Positions 52,286-64,000 of a stretch of 64,000 nucleotides of DNA are shown piece after piece. The DNA is from Octopus vulgaris (Eukaryota), in NCBI GenBank assembly GCA_951406725.2, contig OX597820.1, forward strand, positions 52,948,001-53,012,000, written 5' to 3'. The position numbers were made by a program, and so were the translations under genes. Below the pieces are notes generated by a model. That model saw only the letters and a list, made by a program, of their open reading frames with translations, searched no databases and was not told the DNA's origin. Positions within the stretch are counted from its first letter, which is position 1. Every line of letters begins with the position of its first letter.

Positions 52286-52344
52286 GTCTAACATTTTTCT
52301 ATCGCTTTTGAAATTTTTAGTATATTTTAGATTTTTAGTGGCAT

Positions 52345-52900
52345 ATATGACAAAGGAGTGCCAACAAGAAGAAAAAAACTAGCATTTGCTACTCCTACTT
52401 CTCAACGCTTACAATCAAGGTCCCTAATACTGAAAAAAAAATTAAAATAAATAAGAAACTTCTCACATATGGTTTCCATGCTTCAATGGGGTGAAATTCG
52501 ACCTTACAGACTGTGTTCGGGCCGTCGTGTTCTCCTCAATGAGAATCAGCTGAAGAAGGTAATTCACGAGGATCCGTATCAATCCACTAGGAAATTCACC
52601 CAGCAGGCGGACGCTCTTATTATAGATACTGTCACACAATGACCTTTCCTTAATGGCTAAGGTACAAAATCTCGGTGCATAGGCGTTTCAGGCTCAATCG
52701 ACGATACATGTGCTTCTTCAACACGACATCGCTCACCTTTCCGTCGCTAATCAGGCTAAAAATTCTATTCAAGTGCTAACAATCAAGGATGCCTGAATTT
52801 TTTTTTGTCAAATGTTGTAGAAGATTTCATGATTAGTATTAAATTTTTGTAGGTTCCCCACTACGCCCGAGCGTTAATATAATGTGACTATATTTTTTGC
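52345..52900 (+). pseudogene. Heavily decayed, internally deleted mariner transposase
   Basis: ECQQEEKN*HLLL..AYNQG; WF..F..FDLTD; SGR..ENQLKKVIHEDPYQSTR; MAKVQNLGA. These match mariner N-terminal HTH motifs. Confidence 0.7.
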
Positions 52901-52939
52901 GCCAAAAATCAAGGATGGTACATTTGCATGAACATGTCT

Positions 52940-53229
52940 TGTGATCACGTGATCACGTGACCGACCAGACCATCAGATGGTGTTACACATCGCTGGTCAC
53001 GATGCGTTCGCATTGTTTTAGTCTTCGAATGACGCCACCCCGCTGGCTAAGCGAGCAGGCCAATAGAAGAAAGAGTGCGAGAAAGAGTACAGCAGGGATC
53101 ACCACCCCCTGCCGGAGCCTCGTGGAGCTTTTAGGTGTTTTCGCTCAATAAACACTCACAACGCCCGGTCTGGGAATCGAAACCGCGATCCTGCGACCGC
53201 GAGTCCGCTGCCCTAACCACTAGGCCATT
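52940..53229 (-). mobile_element. tRNA-derived SINE (family R, body 1)
   Basis: Minus strand TGGCCTAGTGGTTAGGGCAGCGGACTCGCGGTC..GTTTCGATTCCC, then GTGTTTATTGAGCGAAAACACCTAA. Ends in GTGATCAC repeats. Confidence 0.85.
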
Positions 53230-53559
53230 ATAACAGTCCTAAACTAAGGTTCTCTAAATTGAATCTCTTGACCAGTGTAATGGACAGGAATAATTTCGAT
53301 ATAATCCAATGGTTGAATAGTTGCGGTTTGTGTCTATTTATGTATGCATCAAATTTTGCTATCAAATGTTTTTTTTTTCTAATCAGTCAACTCTTATGAA
53401 GATATACAAGCTGCCAGTTAGTAGTCATGACTGTATCCAAAGTTTAGGTTGTTAACTGTATTAATTCAACATGTCAAGTAGTAGAATGAGTTTGTATATG
53501 ATAGTTGTTCGTGAGTGAAGTTTGTTAAAATTTACTCAATCTTCGTTTGAATTTTTCTA

Positions 53560-54862
53560 TGAATATATATTCTTTGTCTATCGTGCTTGGTCTATGTGTC
53601 CACTAAGTGGCATCTGTCTCAAATTGGGGTTTCGTATATTTTGTCTATGGAAAGTAAGTCTATTTCTAAGAGAAAGATTTGCTTGACCTGTGTAATCCTC
53701 CTTACATCCTTTACATTTAATAGCATATGCTAAATTTTCTGACGAACAGATAAAACGATATTTCATAGTAAAAACCTGTCCCAATTTAAATTTATATTTA
53801 TTGCTTCAATGAGTTTCATGCAAATCCCGCAATGAGGGCGGCCACACTATTTGATTGTTGGTGTGAGTATTGCGGAGGCTAATTCAGCATTGGTGAGCAG
53901 TTTCTTGAAAGATTTTGATTGCCTTTCGCTATTTAATCATGGTCTGTATTTCGAGTGTTTGTTCTATTCTTCCGTCTTGTTACAGTAGTGGAATGTTCTG
54001 GTGGATAATGTTTTAAACATCTGTGTTTTTTTGGTTGTGTGTTGTAATCAAGGGTAGAGCATTTGGTGTATCTGAAGAGCTTTCTGCTTTCCGGAATTCT
54101 TGAATGCTATTGCTTTGGCACGCTCCATTCTGTTGTGTACTAACATTGACGGTTGTTTCTCTCGAAAAGTATTCGTTTTAATTCACGGAAACTTTTATTA
54201 CGAGTGTAATGTTTGAAACAATTGTACAGGTTCTTCTTGCTAGATTATAAAAGGAATATTAATTTTCGTATGTTGGAGATGGCATGATGAGAACGGCAGG
54301 TATTGTATAGAATCTTTCCTTTTGTAATGAATGTCTGTTTCAATTGTTTTGTCTGTTTTGATGATTAAAATGGCCAGGAACGGTAGATAAATTTTACTTT
54401 ACTCCATGGTGAAGTTGGTTTTACTGGTAATTAGGTTTTTGAAATGAATAAGTTAGTCAAACGTGTGCGTCCACAAATTCAGGGAGTTATGTAAGTAGCG
54501 ATTCCAGTTTTCAAATAAATAATTGTGGAAGTTCAAGCCATATTTCAATTTACATTGTTCATATAATTTGATCTCCATATATGACATGAGTAAACTTGCG
54601 TTCGTCAGAGCGACTTTTGTACCTATGGTGCTCCCAGATATTTCTTCGTTAATATTATCATTAAACTAACAAAAGTTATTTTCAAGGATGAATTTTAATC
54701 CTTCAGTAATAAAATTACTTTCAGTTCTGTCTGGGATTTAAGAGGGATTCTTTCCAGCCAGAAACCTACTGACTCTAGTCTATTGTGGTGCGGGATTGTG
54801 GCATAAATGTTTACTACATCAAGTGATACAATAATATCTTTATTAGGTAGGTGGTTTCGCAG
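53560..54862 (-). pseudogene. Decayed Penelope-like element: RT plus C-terminal GIY-YIG endonuclease
   Basis: IVSLDVVNIYATIPH; GTKVA..ASLLMSYME; NFTME; TDIHYK.KDS.QYL.FSSCH; FICSSENLAYAIKCKGCKEDYTGQ..LRNRLTFHRQNI..PLSGH. Confidence 0.88.
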
Positions 54863-55311
54863 GTTTATGTATGTGTGTATATGTATATATTTGTGTATAT
54901 GTATATATGTGTGTGTGTAGTATGTGTGTGTGAGAGTGTGCGTGTATCGGTCTGTGCTCATGCACACGTGTTTGCGTGTAGTCATATCGTCAAGCAAAAT
55001 TTTCCCTGAAGAAATAATTATTTACAAGGAAACCTTTCCTTGTAGAATATTTTCAATGGCACCTTTCCTTTCGATAGCTTGCATATTATGATATTTTGAC
55101 ATTTATCTATATCGATTCATTATTTAATAAGAGCCGCTAATATAACACCAGCACCACCATATATTGGGTTCAACCAGGTATACAACGCAAAAGAAGATAT
55201 CAATCAATCAATGCTAAATGTCTGGCGTCTTGTACTTTTCTTCTAGAAGTCTTCCGTGTAATTTTCTTAGCGCACAAGCACACACAGAAGCATAATGTAA
55301 ACACGGTAGGT

Positions 55312-55350
<39 letters not shown>

Positions 55351-55384
55351 GTGCGAGCACACACTTACACATACACACACAGCC

Positions 55385-55514
55385 GTTTAGCAATAGAATA
55401 AGCACCAGGCTTTACAAAACAAATAAGAGAAAATGAGTGATGAGATCGATTCTTTCAGCTAAAACTTTCAAAGCGGTTGCCCAACATGGCTAAAGTCCAA
55501 TGACTGAAACAAGT

Positions 55515-55516
<2 letters not shown>
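55385..55516 (+). mobile_element. Diverged 3' half of family C SINE
   Basis: ATAGAATAAGCACCAGGCTT..CAACATGGC..AATGACTGAAACAAGTAA. Confidence 0.7.
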
Positions 55517-55582
<66 letters not shown>

Positions 55583-55687
55583 CATACATACATATATATA
55601 TATATTTATATATATATACATATATTCATATATACATATATACATATATTCATATATATATACGTTCATATATATATATATACTAAT

Positions 55688-55800
55688 TTTACTCTTTTAC
55701 TTGTTTCAGTCTGCTATAGCAGAAGACACTTGCCGAAGATGCCACGCAGTGGGACTGAACCCGGAACCATGTGGTTGGTTAGCAAGCTACTTACCACACA

Positions 55801-55804
<4 letters not shown>
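55688..55804 (-). mobile_element. Family C SINE reduced to head plus extreme tail
   Basis: TTTTACTCTTTTACTTGTTTCAGTC joined to GCTATAGCAGAAGACACTTGCC..GGGACTGAACCCGGAACCATGTGG. Confidence 0.85.
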
Positions 55805-55840
<36 letters not shown>

Positions 55841-56046
55841 AAATTTTTAAATAGGATAAAATCTTCATAAGGGAATTTTTTTTAATTACTCCCTTTAAAT
55901 ATATTTATTTATTGTAAGAGCATAACTATACATAAATGCCTCACGCTATGAGGGACTCTTAAATTCAAAACTACCATAATAATTACATTGTACCAAACGC
56001 GAGGGAATGCAACTCTCGAAGCGAGCTCATTAAAAACAGATTCAGT

Positions 56047-56104
56047 TGCAGATCATATGATTTCATATTTAGTGCACAAAATGCAATTTCTAATCCTCAG
56101 TGCA
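56047..56104 (-). ncRNA. Hammerhead-like motif with intact core but mismatched stem II, in a TA-adjacent relic (~55840-56200)
   Basis: Minus strand TGCA-CTGAGGA-(29 nt with TGCA/TGCA hairpin)-GAAA-TCATATGA-TC-TGCA. Palindromic stem III ATCATATGAT. Confidence 0.6.
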
Positions 56105-56794
56105 GACATAATCAAGACATATAAAAATGAACCAAAAATTCAATATACCAGACGAACACGAAGTGTATCCATCATTAGAGTTGTTCACTCATATATATCT
56201 ATGTAAGAGGCGAGCTTTTCGAATTTCCTCTCGGTACACGAGGCAGTTCCATTTCAGATGATTGTAACAACGACTTTTTTATTGCCCAATAAATATAGAG
56301 GGGAATAAATATAGAGGGCTCAGTTCATAAACAAACAGAGCGGTACAATGAAAGTGGGAACCCCAAAACAGATGGAAGGATGAATAAAAATAAAATAAAA
56401 TGATTAATGGAATGATGACGCTCGGCCCATGTCCTGGCACCTTCATTTAACCTTAAGAATCATACCCTTTTTTCGAGATTTTATAACTTTTTTCTTTTGA
56501 TATAATTTTGTAAACTGTTAAACATTGTAAAATGTCTATACCAAAGTCTGCACAAAAATGTTTTTAAAAAATTCAAAACTCTGCAAAATTCCGGGACAAA
56601 TTCTTCATGGATCAAAACGTTGCTTACTTTTTACTCAACCTGATATAACAAAATCACTAGCTTGTTTCTCTTTAGATTGGCTAAATGATGCAAACCCTTC
56701 TGCTGAGAATCCAGTAAAGCTGAAAATCAATTAAGTTTGTGTATCCTTTATTTCACTCTATGGAAAAATAGTTAAATTTACTCTGATTATATAT

Positions 56795-57039
56795 TTGTTC
56801 CTTCTCGAGCCAAGTATGGCTCATAAGGGCCAGTTTCCCGGTTTCTTTGGCGTATAGGTCCGTCGCAGGTGAGCTACAAGAGGAAAGAGTGAGAGAAAGT
56901 TGTGGCGAAAGTTCTGCCTTAGCCGCGTGGAGCTTAGGTGTTTCGCTCATAAACACACACACATCGCCCGGTCTGAGATTCGAATCCGCAATCCCTCAAC
57001 CGCGAGTCCACTGCTCTAACCACTAGGCCATGTGCCTCC
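56795..57039 (-). mobile_element. tRNA-derived SINE (family R, body 2) with perfect 15-bp TSD
   Basis: Head TGGCCTAGTGGTTAGAGCAGTGGACTCGCGG..TTCGAATCT. TSD ACTCTGATTATATAT at 56780-56794 and 57040-57054. Confidence 0.92.
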
Positions 57040-57871
57040 ACTCTGATTATATATCTCTTATATAGGTTACATATTTGTATTTAGCGCAATTAAATTGCTC
57101 ACGTGTTGTATGTATAGTCAAGGTGCGTGGTCCAGAAGTCATTTTAAATTTCTTTCAAATTCTCTCCATCCGCCTCCGAATATCTGACGAGGTTGATATG
57201 TCAAATTTGGCAACAGTTAGAACTACGAATCTCAAAACCCAGAATGTCATTCCTAATAATTAGTTCCAGATTAAACTTTAGAAGGAGAAGAGTAGTAGAA
57301 GGAGGAAGGAGACAAGTTCTTATAGAACACCCACGTTTAGGTAGTGATAAACATTAATTCTCAGTATGAATACTACTTAACGAGCTGGTTTGCTAAATGC
57401 AAAATTAGTGGTTGTGTGACAGCGTTTTTCTTATATATTGCAAGCTGGAGTGAACAACTGCTATAACTAGCAGACCAATATCCATCGCTGAAAATGAACA
57501 AAATGAGGTCGAAATCACGTGATCAGGTGGTCTTACGGCTAGGTTAGTAGCAATTGTTCTCTCCCCGCTTGCAATATATATCGAGAGTGAAGCGCAATGA
57601 ATGACCAGCTGAAGCGGGTAACCTCATGAGGTTGAATTAGTCATCTCTAGTTATAGAACACCTACGTATCATTTCTAATAGAGATTTTCTTAACGAGCCA
57701 TACATACATACATAAATTTCTTTATTGGCCACACATGGCTGAATACAGAGGGGACAAATAAAAATGTAGAGCTTTTCTTTCGAGAGAGATAGATAGATGG
57801 ATAGATAGATAGATAAATAGATAGATAGATAGATAAATAGATGGATAGATAGATAGATAGATAAATAGATG

Positions 57872-57948
<77 letters not shown>

Positions 57949-57954
57949 ATATTT

Positions 57955-58277
57955 AAAAGACTCCGCCGGTTACGACGACGAGGGTCCCAGCTGATACGAT
58001 CAACGGAACAGCTTGCTCGTGAAATTAACGTGCAAATGGCTGAGCATTCCACAGACACGTGTACCCTTAACGTAGTTCTCGGGGATAATCAGCGTGACAC
58101 AGAGAGTGACAAGGCTGACCCTTTGAAATACAAGTACAACTCATTTTTGCCAGCTGAGTGGACTGGAGCAACGTGAAATAAAGTGTCTTGCTCAAGGACA
58201 CAACGCGTCGCCGGGAATCGAATACACAACCTTACGATCATGAGCCGAATGCCCTAACCACTAAGCCACGCGCCCTC
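57955..58277 (-). mobile_element. tRNA/CORE SINE with the family A head but a different 3' body, embedded in (AGAT)n
   Basis: Head TGGCTTAGTGGTTAGG..TTCGATTCCCGG, CORE GTTGTGTCCTTGAGCAAGACACTTTATTTCACGTTGCTCCAGTCCACTCAGCTG. Diverges from 421-749 afterwards. Confidence 0.88.
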
Positions 58278-58292
58278 ACGATAGATAAATAG

Positions 58293-58355
<63 letters not shown>

Positions 58356-58661
58356 CATAGATAGATAGATAGATAGATACATAGATACATACATAGATAC
58401 ATACATAGATACATACATACATACATACAAATATATGTTTGTGTGTGTGTGTGTGTGCGATTGGAGAGAGAAAAAGAGAGAAAATGAGAGAAAGAGGGAA
58501 GCAAGCCTGAAAACAGAAGAGTGAAATCAAATATAAATAATAATAAAAAAAACCTTAATTTTATTTTATTAAATAATGGAAACTGAAATAAATTTCAATG
58601 CAAAAAGTGTTTATATGTGCCTATGCAAGTGTGTGTGATTGTGTGTGCGTTTTTTTTTTTG

Positions 58662-58692
<31 letters not shown>

Positions 58693-58979
58693 TGTATCTG
58701 TTTTAGTTCGAATGTTGTCTGGATTAATAATGGACAATCATGAGAACTGCGTCAGATATTGAAGACTGCAAAATAAAATTTATTTGAAATAAAATGCTAT
58801 AAATTTAGCAATAGTCTGAATTATATCATTTTAATATTTTATAATCAATATCTTGTTTAATACGTCCACACGTTTCGAAGTTCAAATCAAAACAATTCTA
58901 CCTGTCTCATTAAGTTTTGAAAATAGGAGATTATTCTTTTTATTCTTTTCTTTCTTTTTTTTTTGTCACATGACCAAAA

Positions 58980-59230
58980 AGTCGACAAGCTGGCAAAATC
59001 GTTACATCCTCCGTATATAATGCTTAGCTATATTTTTTCTGTCTGTTTAAATTTTGTCTTCACACCGAACTTTACTTTTCGTCCATTTTTGGAGTTGATG
59101 AAATGAAGTACCAGGCAAGCTTTGAAGTCGATGTAATCGATTCACGTTCTCCGAAATTTCAGGCCGTGTTCCTATATTTTTTTTACTTGTTTCAGTCATT
59201 TTGACTGCGGCCATGCTGGAGCACTGCCTT
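58980..59230. mobile_element. Diverged family M SINE (+) abutting a family C tail (-)
   Basis: AGCTGGCAAAATCGTTA..AAGTACCAG..GTCGATGTAATCGA, then TTTTACTTGTTTCAGTCATTTTGACTGCGGCCATGCTGGAGCACTGCCTT. Confidence 0.7.
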
Positions 59231-59734
59231 AATAAAAATAAAATGCTATTTAACCACACATCAGCTTCTGAATACATAAACTAATGTCCATAGGCATTCT
59301 ATACATAACCACTTCGTCTTTCTTTCGTATATTTTCAAGCCACATGTGTTTCTCTTATGGGAGATATTTTTGTTTTTGCTGTTGTTTTTAGGTGAGTACA
59401 TATAAATTGAATTAGAGGGTACGATAACGCAAGGGATTTCATATTTATGATACTATTTCTTATTTATACATCTATAATCAACATGCAAGATTTATCATTT
59501 TGGAAAATGTATGAAGCTTACCACCTCCATATTTATAATAATGGCCTCTAACAAGTCAGACAAATTTGAGATGGGATCAGTTGACAACATTAACACATGT
59601 ACTTATATCTTATTTACATCATCGTCTCCGAAAGGATGAAATGCAAAGTCGATTCCGTTGGAATGTGAGCTTAAAAAGCATAAAACGGTAATTCATTACA
59701 GCGAAGAAGTTTTGTCTGATCTACTATTTAATAC

Positions 59735-59969
59735 TTATTTCATTACTACCCACAAGGGGCTAAACATAGAGGGGACAAACAAGGACTGACAAACGGATTA
59801 AGTCGATTATATCGACCCCAGTGCGTAACTGGTACTTATTTAATCGACCTCGAGAGAATGAAAGGCAAAGTCGACCTCGGCGGAATTTGAACTCGGAACA
59901 TAACGACAGACGAAATACGGCTACGCATTTCGTCCGGCGTGCTAACGTTTCTGCCAGCTCGCCGCCTTA
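59735..59969 (-). mobile_element. Young full-length family M SINE
   Basis: Near-consensus, almost identical to array unit 47363-47520. Older M relics flank it (59560-59720, 60030-60450). Confidence 0.92.
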
Positions 59970-60488
59970 GCCAGCTCGCCTCACTTAATACTGACAATCC
60001 ACAACTCTACGAAAAATTACTTATGTAGGGACAAACCAGAAAATTGTTGAAAAACGGAGGAAGAATTAATTATATCGGTCTCTGTACTGGACGGATAATT
60101 TAATCCATCGACCCTAGATGGAAGAAACGATAGGTCGTTATTGGCGTGGTTCGATCTCTGAACATAAAGTTAAGTAAGTACTGCAAAGTATTTTTGTCTG
60201 ATTCTCTATCAATTTTACCTGGATTCTAGTATCTGCAAAACGCCGTACGCTGTGAACAAAGTGTGCAGTCAAATGATTCGATCCTGTGTTTGATTTGCAC
60301 CCTATTATATCGGCTTCAAGAAAATGAGAAAAAACCCCCAAACCTGGTGGAATTTGAACATATGAGGAAATGCATATATAAAATGATACGAAAGAAGGCG
60401 AAAACAAACTCACGTCATTTCGTCTGCGGCTCTGAGTGTTCTGCTATTTAACACAACTACACTACAGATCGGACCGAGTCAATGACTA

Positions 60489-60612
60489 TTGAAAAGGTTG
60501 CAAGACGCAACGAAAACTTTAGAAAAAAATGAATAGCTAAATGAGTGGAAATCGAACCGGTGAATGTGTTAAATAATGAGGCACTAAAAGACAATGGCTT
60601 TCCCCAGGCACA
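60489..60612. repeat. Short dispersed repeat (copy of 31790-31918)
   Basis: GAGTGGAAATCGAACCGGTGA.TGTGTTA shared. Confidence 0.75.
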
Positions 60613-60929
60613 ATAAAATACCCTACTATTAATTCGATGAAAATATATTAAACGCAGGGTGAACTAAAGCGTTAATTTGAATTAAATATACACTTCATCA
60701 GCTAAAGTTTGATTAATTCTAATGAAAAATTTGCTAAATTTATAAGTAAATTTACTTCATTGACTGGAGTAAATAAAAAAGGAATTAGAAGTGATTTGCA
60801 ACAATTAAGTTAGTGTCATAATTAAGTCATAATAACACCAAAGCTGTAACCAGAAATGGCCATCATTAGATCATTTACGGAATTTTCTTTCGATACATTT
60901 GAGTTGTGCATACAAATGAATTAAGCTTA

Positions 60930-60993
<64 letters not shown>

Positions 60994-62099
60994 CACGCTC
61001 GCACACACACACATACACACACACGCACACTCGTACACACATACACGCCCGCACGCACAAGGAACACACACAGAAATATGCACAAACATACACACATTAC
61101 CTGCCTCGTGTCATGTAACCTGTGTTAAACATTGATCCTTTAAATTCCCTTGAGGTTTAGTAGGCATTTCCAAGTTGCCTCCATGCGTTTGTCATATCCG
61201 TGATAAGACTAAAAACGTAACCGACAATTGTCCTTCCGTTATAAAAACCCGAGGCGTTGTAGCTGTCTTAAGAAGCCATTGCCAGAGCAAATTACAAGAG
61301 GTGCTCAAAATACTTGTCAATTGATATGTAATAGGTGGTGTTCTAAAAATAAGGTGGAAATATTTATTGACAGTAAAGAGAGGAAAGTGAATAATTATAC
61401 TGTTCTCAAATGAAGCTTCGGTTGATTTTATTGATGTGTTGAGGTTGCTCGAGGAGTTTGGGCATGTTGATTACAGCCTAATATTATCTGAGGTAACATT
61501 TACACGAAATGTATGTCAAGGCAATTATCCCTCGAGGCATTGGGTGTCACTAATCACTAACCTCCATCAGCTCATTAGTCTGAACCTCTGTGGCTCATTT
61601 TCTAAAAGGGGCCAATTTTGATTGTTCCTCTCAGGACTAAATGAAAACAAATTGAGCAAGAACTCGTGAATGATCAACGTGAAAAATGCAGATTGAGGTC
61701 GGAGAAAATATTGTGAACATAATTTAGTGGTGATCCTCTGGGGGTATAAATTGTTGCAAAGAAAAGTTGAGAGGTAAAAGAAAATGGAGAGAGGGGGAGG
61801 GCACGATATAGAAGGGAATTGATGGTGAGTGGGGTTACAAAACTGGGAAATGGAGTATTTGGAGTATAAGTAATAAGTGAAAGAGTCAGAAGTGACTAAT
61901 ATGATAAACGAATATCGTGATGTTTAGAAGGAAAGTATAATCAGGTCGACAAAGATCAGGCGTAGCTGTTACAATATGGTCGGTCAGTTGGTGACATATC
62001 TCACAACATTCATGGTTTGTGTAAAGCTATTTCAAGTAGCATTGTTGTAGAGATGGCAAATTATCTCGACTCATATGGTGTGTCTCTGTGTCTCATTTT

Positions 62100-62640
62100 G
62101 TTTTTACTATAGACGTGAACGTGTTGTTACTAAACACAAAGTAAATGGGTCGTTTCTACAGCAACGGAGTGTGGTTTCTACACAGATAATGTATGTTGCT
62201 CTATATACCCGTGGTTTTGCTATAATGTTTATATATATATGTTATTACTATAGAAATGTGTATTTTATCACAGTTATGAGCTACTACAGCGATAGCATGT
62301 CTTGTTACTATAGACACTGAGCGCTGTTACTAAGCGATGATGTATTACTATAGAGATGCTCATTTGTTACTAAACACTTGAAGTATTATTTCGACAGAGC
62401 TGGTGGGTATGTCGTTACGATCGAGATGGTACATTGTTTACAGAGATACCATGTTTTGTTAGTAAATAATTGAATAGTATAGGGTGTGCTCTTATCATCG
62501 ATGTAACGCGTTATTATATAGGGTATGGGTTTTATTAACCTAGCCGCGGTATGCATTATATCGCTAGAAATAGTGTCCCAATGTTGTAGAGTTATGCTGT
62601 CATTATTGAAATGGTGTGCTGTCAGTGACACAATGGAACT
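62100..62640. repeat. Degenerate ~20-bp minisatellite
   Basis: Recurrent (TG)TTACTATAGA(C/G/A)A and TGTTACTAAACAC motifs at roughly 20-bp spacing. Confidence 0.6.
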
Positions 62641-62884
62641 GTTAAGATTAAACAATAGAAAGGAAATTGTATAGTTTCTGATTCTTTGTGCCATAAAAAT
62701 AGTAATTAATCATTGTAGACATTACATCCTGTTAACTATTCGATAACGTATTCCTGTAAAGAAGGCGTATTGTTATATTGTCATGAATTTATAATAAAAC
62801 ATTCTTATTTTATTTTGTCACTAAAATTTGGAAACAGTAAAAGTTTTGTGATCATTTACATTATGAAATGTTATCTTTGTCAGC

Positions 62885-63940
62885 AAGGGAAAATATGTTA
62901 GCCTGGTGGTTCCTTGCAGGTAGGCATTGATCTTGGGCTGCTATGATAAACCCTTCTGTTTCTGATTTTAAGCCAGAAGACACAAACCATTGATGGGTAA
63001 GGGCTTTGTCAACATCGGCACTATTAGCTCTCTTTGGATATTTGCCACTGAGAGGTTTTTCCAAAGCAATGGTTTTAGCCCGGGTTTTTATACGCTAAGC
63101 ATTTTCTGTGTTTGTACGTCTAATTCTGGAATTTGTATTTAGAATTCACTTAGATATTCCTTTGCCTGTTTTACTACTGAGTATGATGCTTTCTTGTTTT
63201 CACGCTTTGAGACAAGTTTTAACATCCAGTCATCAGAGTTTTTCAGGTAGGTGTCTAGGCCAATTGTGGCAATCTACATTGTTAATTCCAGTTGTAAAAG
63301 TCCACGGCCACCCTCTTTTCTTGGCAGATAAGGTCGTTTAATATCTGCTTTATGGTGGTGCATTCTAAGCATTGTCAACAATTTTCGTATTTTTCTCTCA
63401 AGATCACATATTTCAATTAATGATATTGAAACTGTAAGTCACGACAGTACTGATCGCTCCGATCCTGTTTCTTGAATTCAGCTCTGTCCTTACCCTGCGA
63501 TTACATTCTCTTCTTATCCTTTCCCTCACAACTGAATGCCTGATTCAGTCCCCTCCAATTACTCCGAGGTATTTGTAGCTGTCCACTGGTTCTAACTTCT
63601 TTATGGCATTCTGCTGGTCAAGATTAACGTTGGGCTTTTCTGTCATTTTCCTTTGATAAAGGTAGCTTTTGTACATTTATCGAGGCCAAATTGCATCTGA
63701 TGTCATCACTGAATCGTTTAACAATCGGTAGTAAATCCTGTAGTTGTTGGCCATTTTTGCCAAAGAGCTTTAAATCATCCGTGTAAATGGGATGATTTAA
63801 ATTTTTGTCAAATATTTATAGCCGTATTGCATATCTAGCAATTTCGAGAGAGGCATTAAGGCTAGATAAAAGAGGACTGGTGATAGAGAGTCACTCTGGA
63901 AAATACGACATCAAATTCTTACATCTTCACCATTGAGAGC
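62885..63940 (-). pseudogene. Decayed R4/Dong-like LINE reverse transcriptase fragment
   Basis: IFQSDSLSPVLFYLALMPLS; YTDDLKLF; YKYLGV; ELNSRN; KPLSGKY..VDKALTHQW..GLKSETEGFIIAAQDQ. Abuts (ATT)n. Confidence 0.88.
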
Positions 63941-63944
63941 ACTA

Positions 63945-64000
<56 letters not shown>
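63945..64000. repeat. (ATT)n microsatellite
   Basis: Directly visible to the window end. Confidence 0.95.

Noticed and set aside
61140-62050. Possible decayed PLE N-terminal region
   Set aside because: No reliable motif was recovered in any frame by eye.

Overview
This is an AT-rich eukaryotic intronic or intergenic window. The SINE families and microsatellite load suggest an octopus or other coleoid cephalopod genome (inference). No intact host protein-coding gene, true tRNA/rRNA gene or CRISPR array can be supported, and almost all listed ORFs are microsatellite translations or retroelement debris. The window holds several tRNA-derived SINE families (CORE-type, Meta-domain-type, and a composite SINE with an internal microsatellite), LINE fragments (CR1-group, RTE with three C-terminal C2H2 fingers, R4/Dong-like), Penelope-like (PLE) relics, Tc1/mariner relics, MITEs and dense simple repeats. 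The most notable item is a young non-coding element at 3550-4782: a 584-nt unit carrying an intact-looking type I hammerhead ribozyme. It is present as two divergent, circularly permuted, ~99% identical copies embedded in a (TA)n tract, resembling a retrozyme or PLE pseudo-LTR, and decayed hammerhead relics occur elsewhere. Also notable are head-less SINE multimers joined at a recurrent junction in the anticodon-like loop, and a SINE/LINE pair sharing a 3' stem-loop with compensatory changes. All alignments and folds were done by eye.
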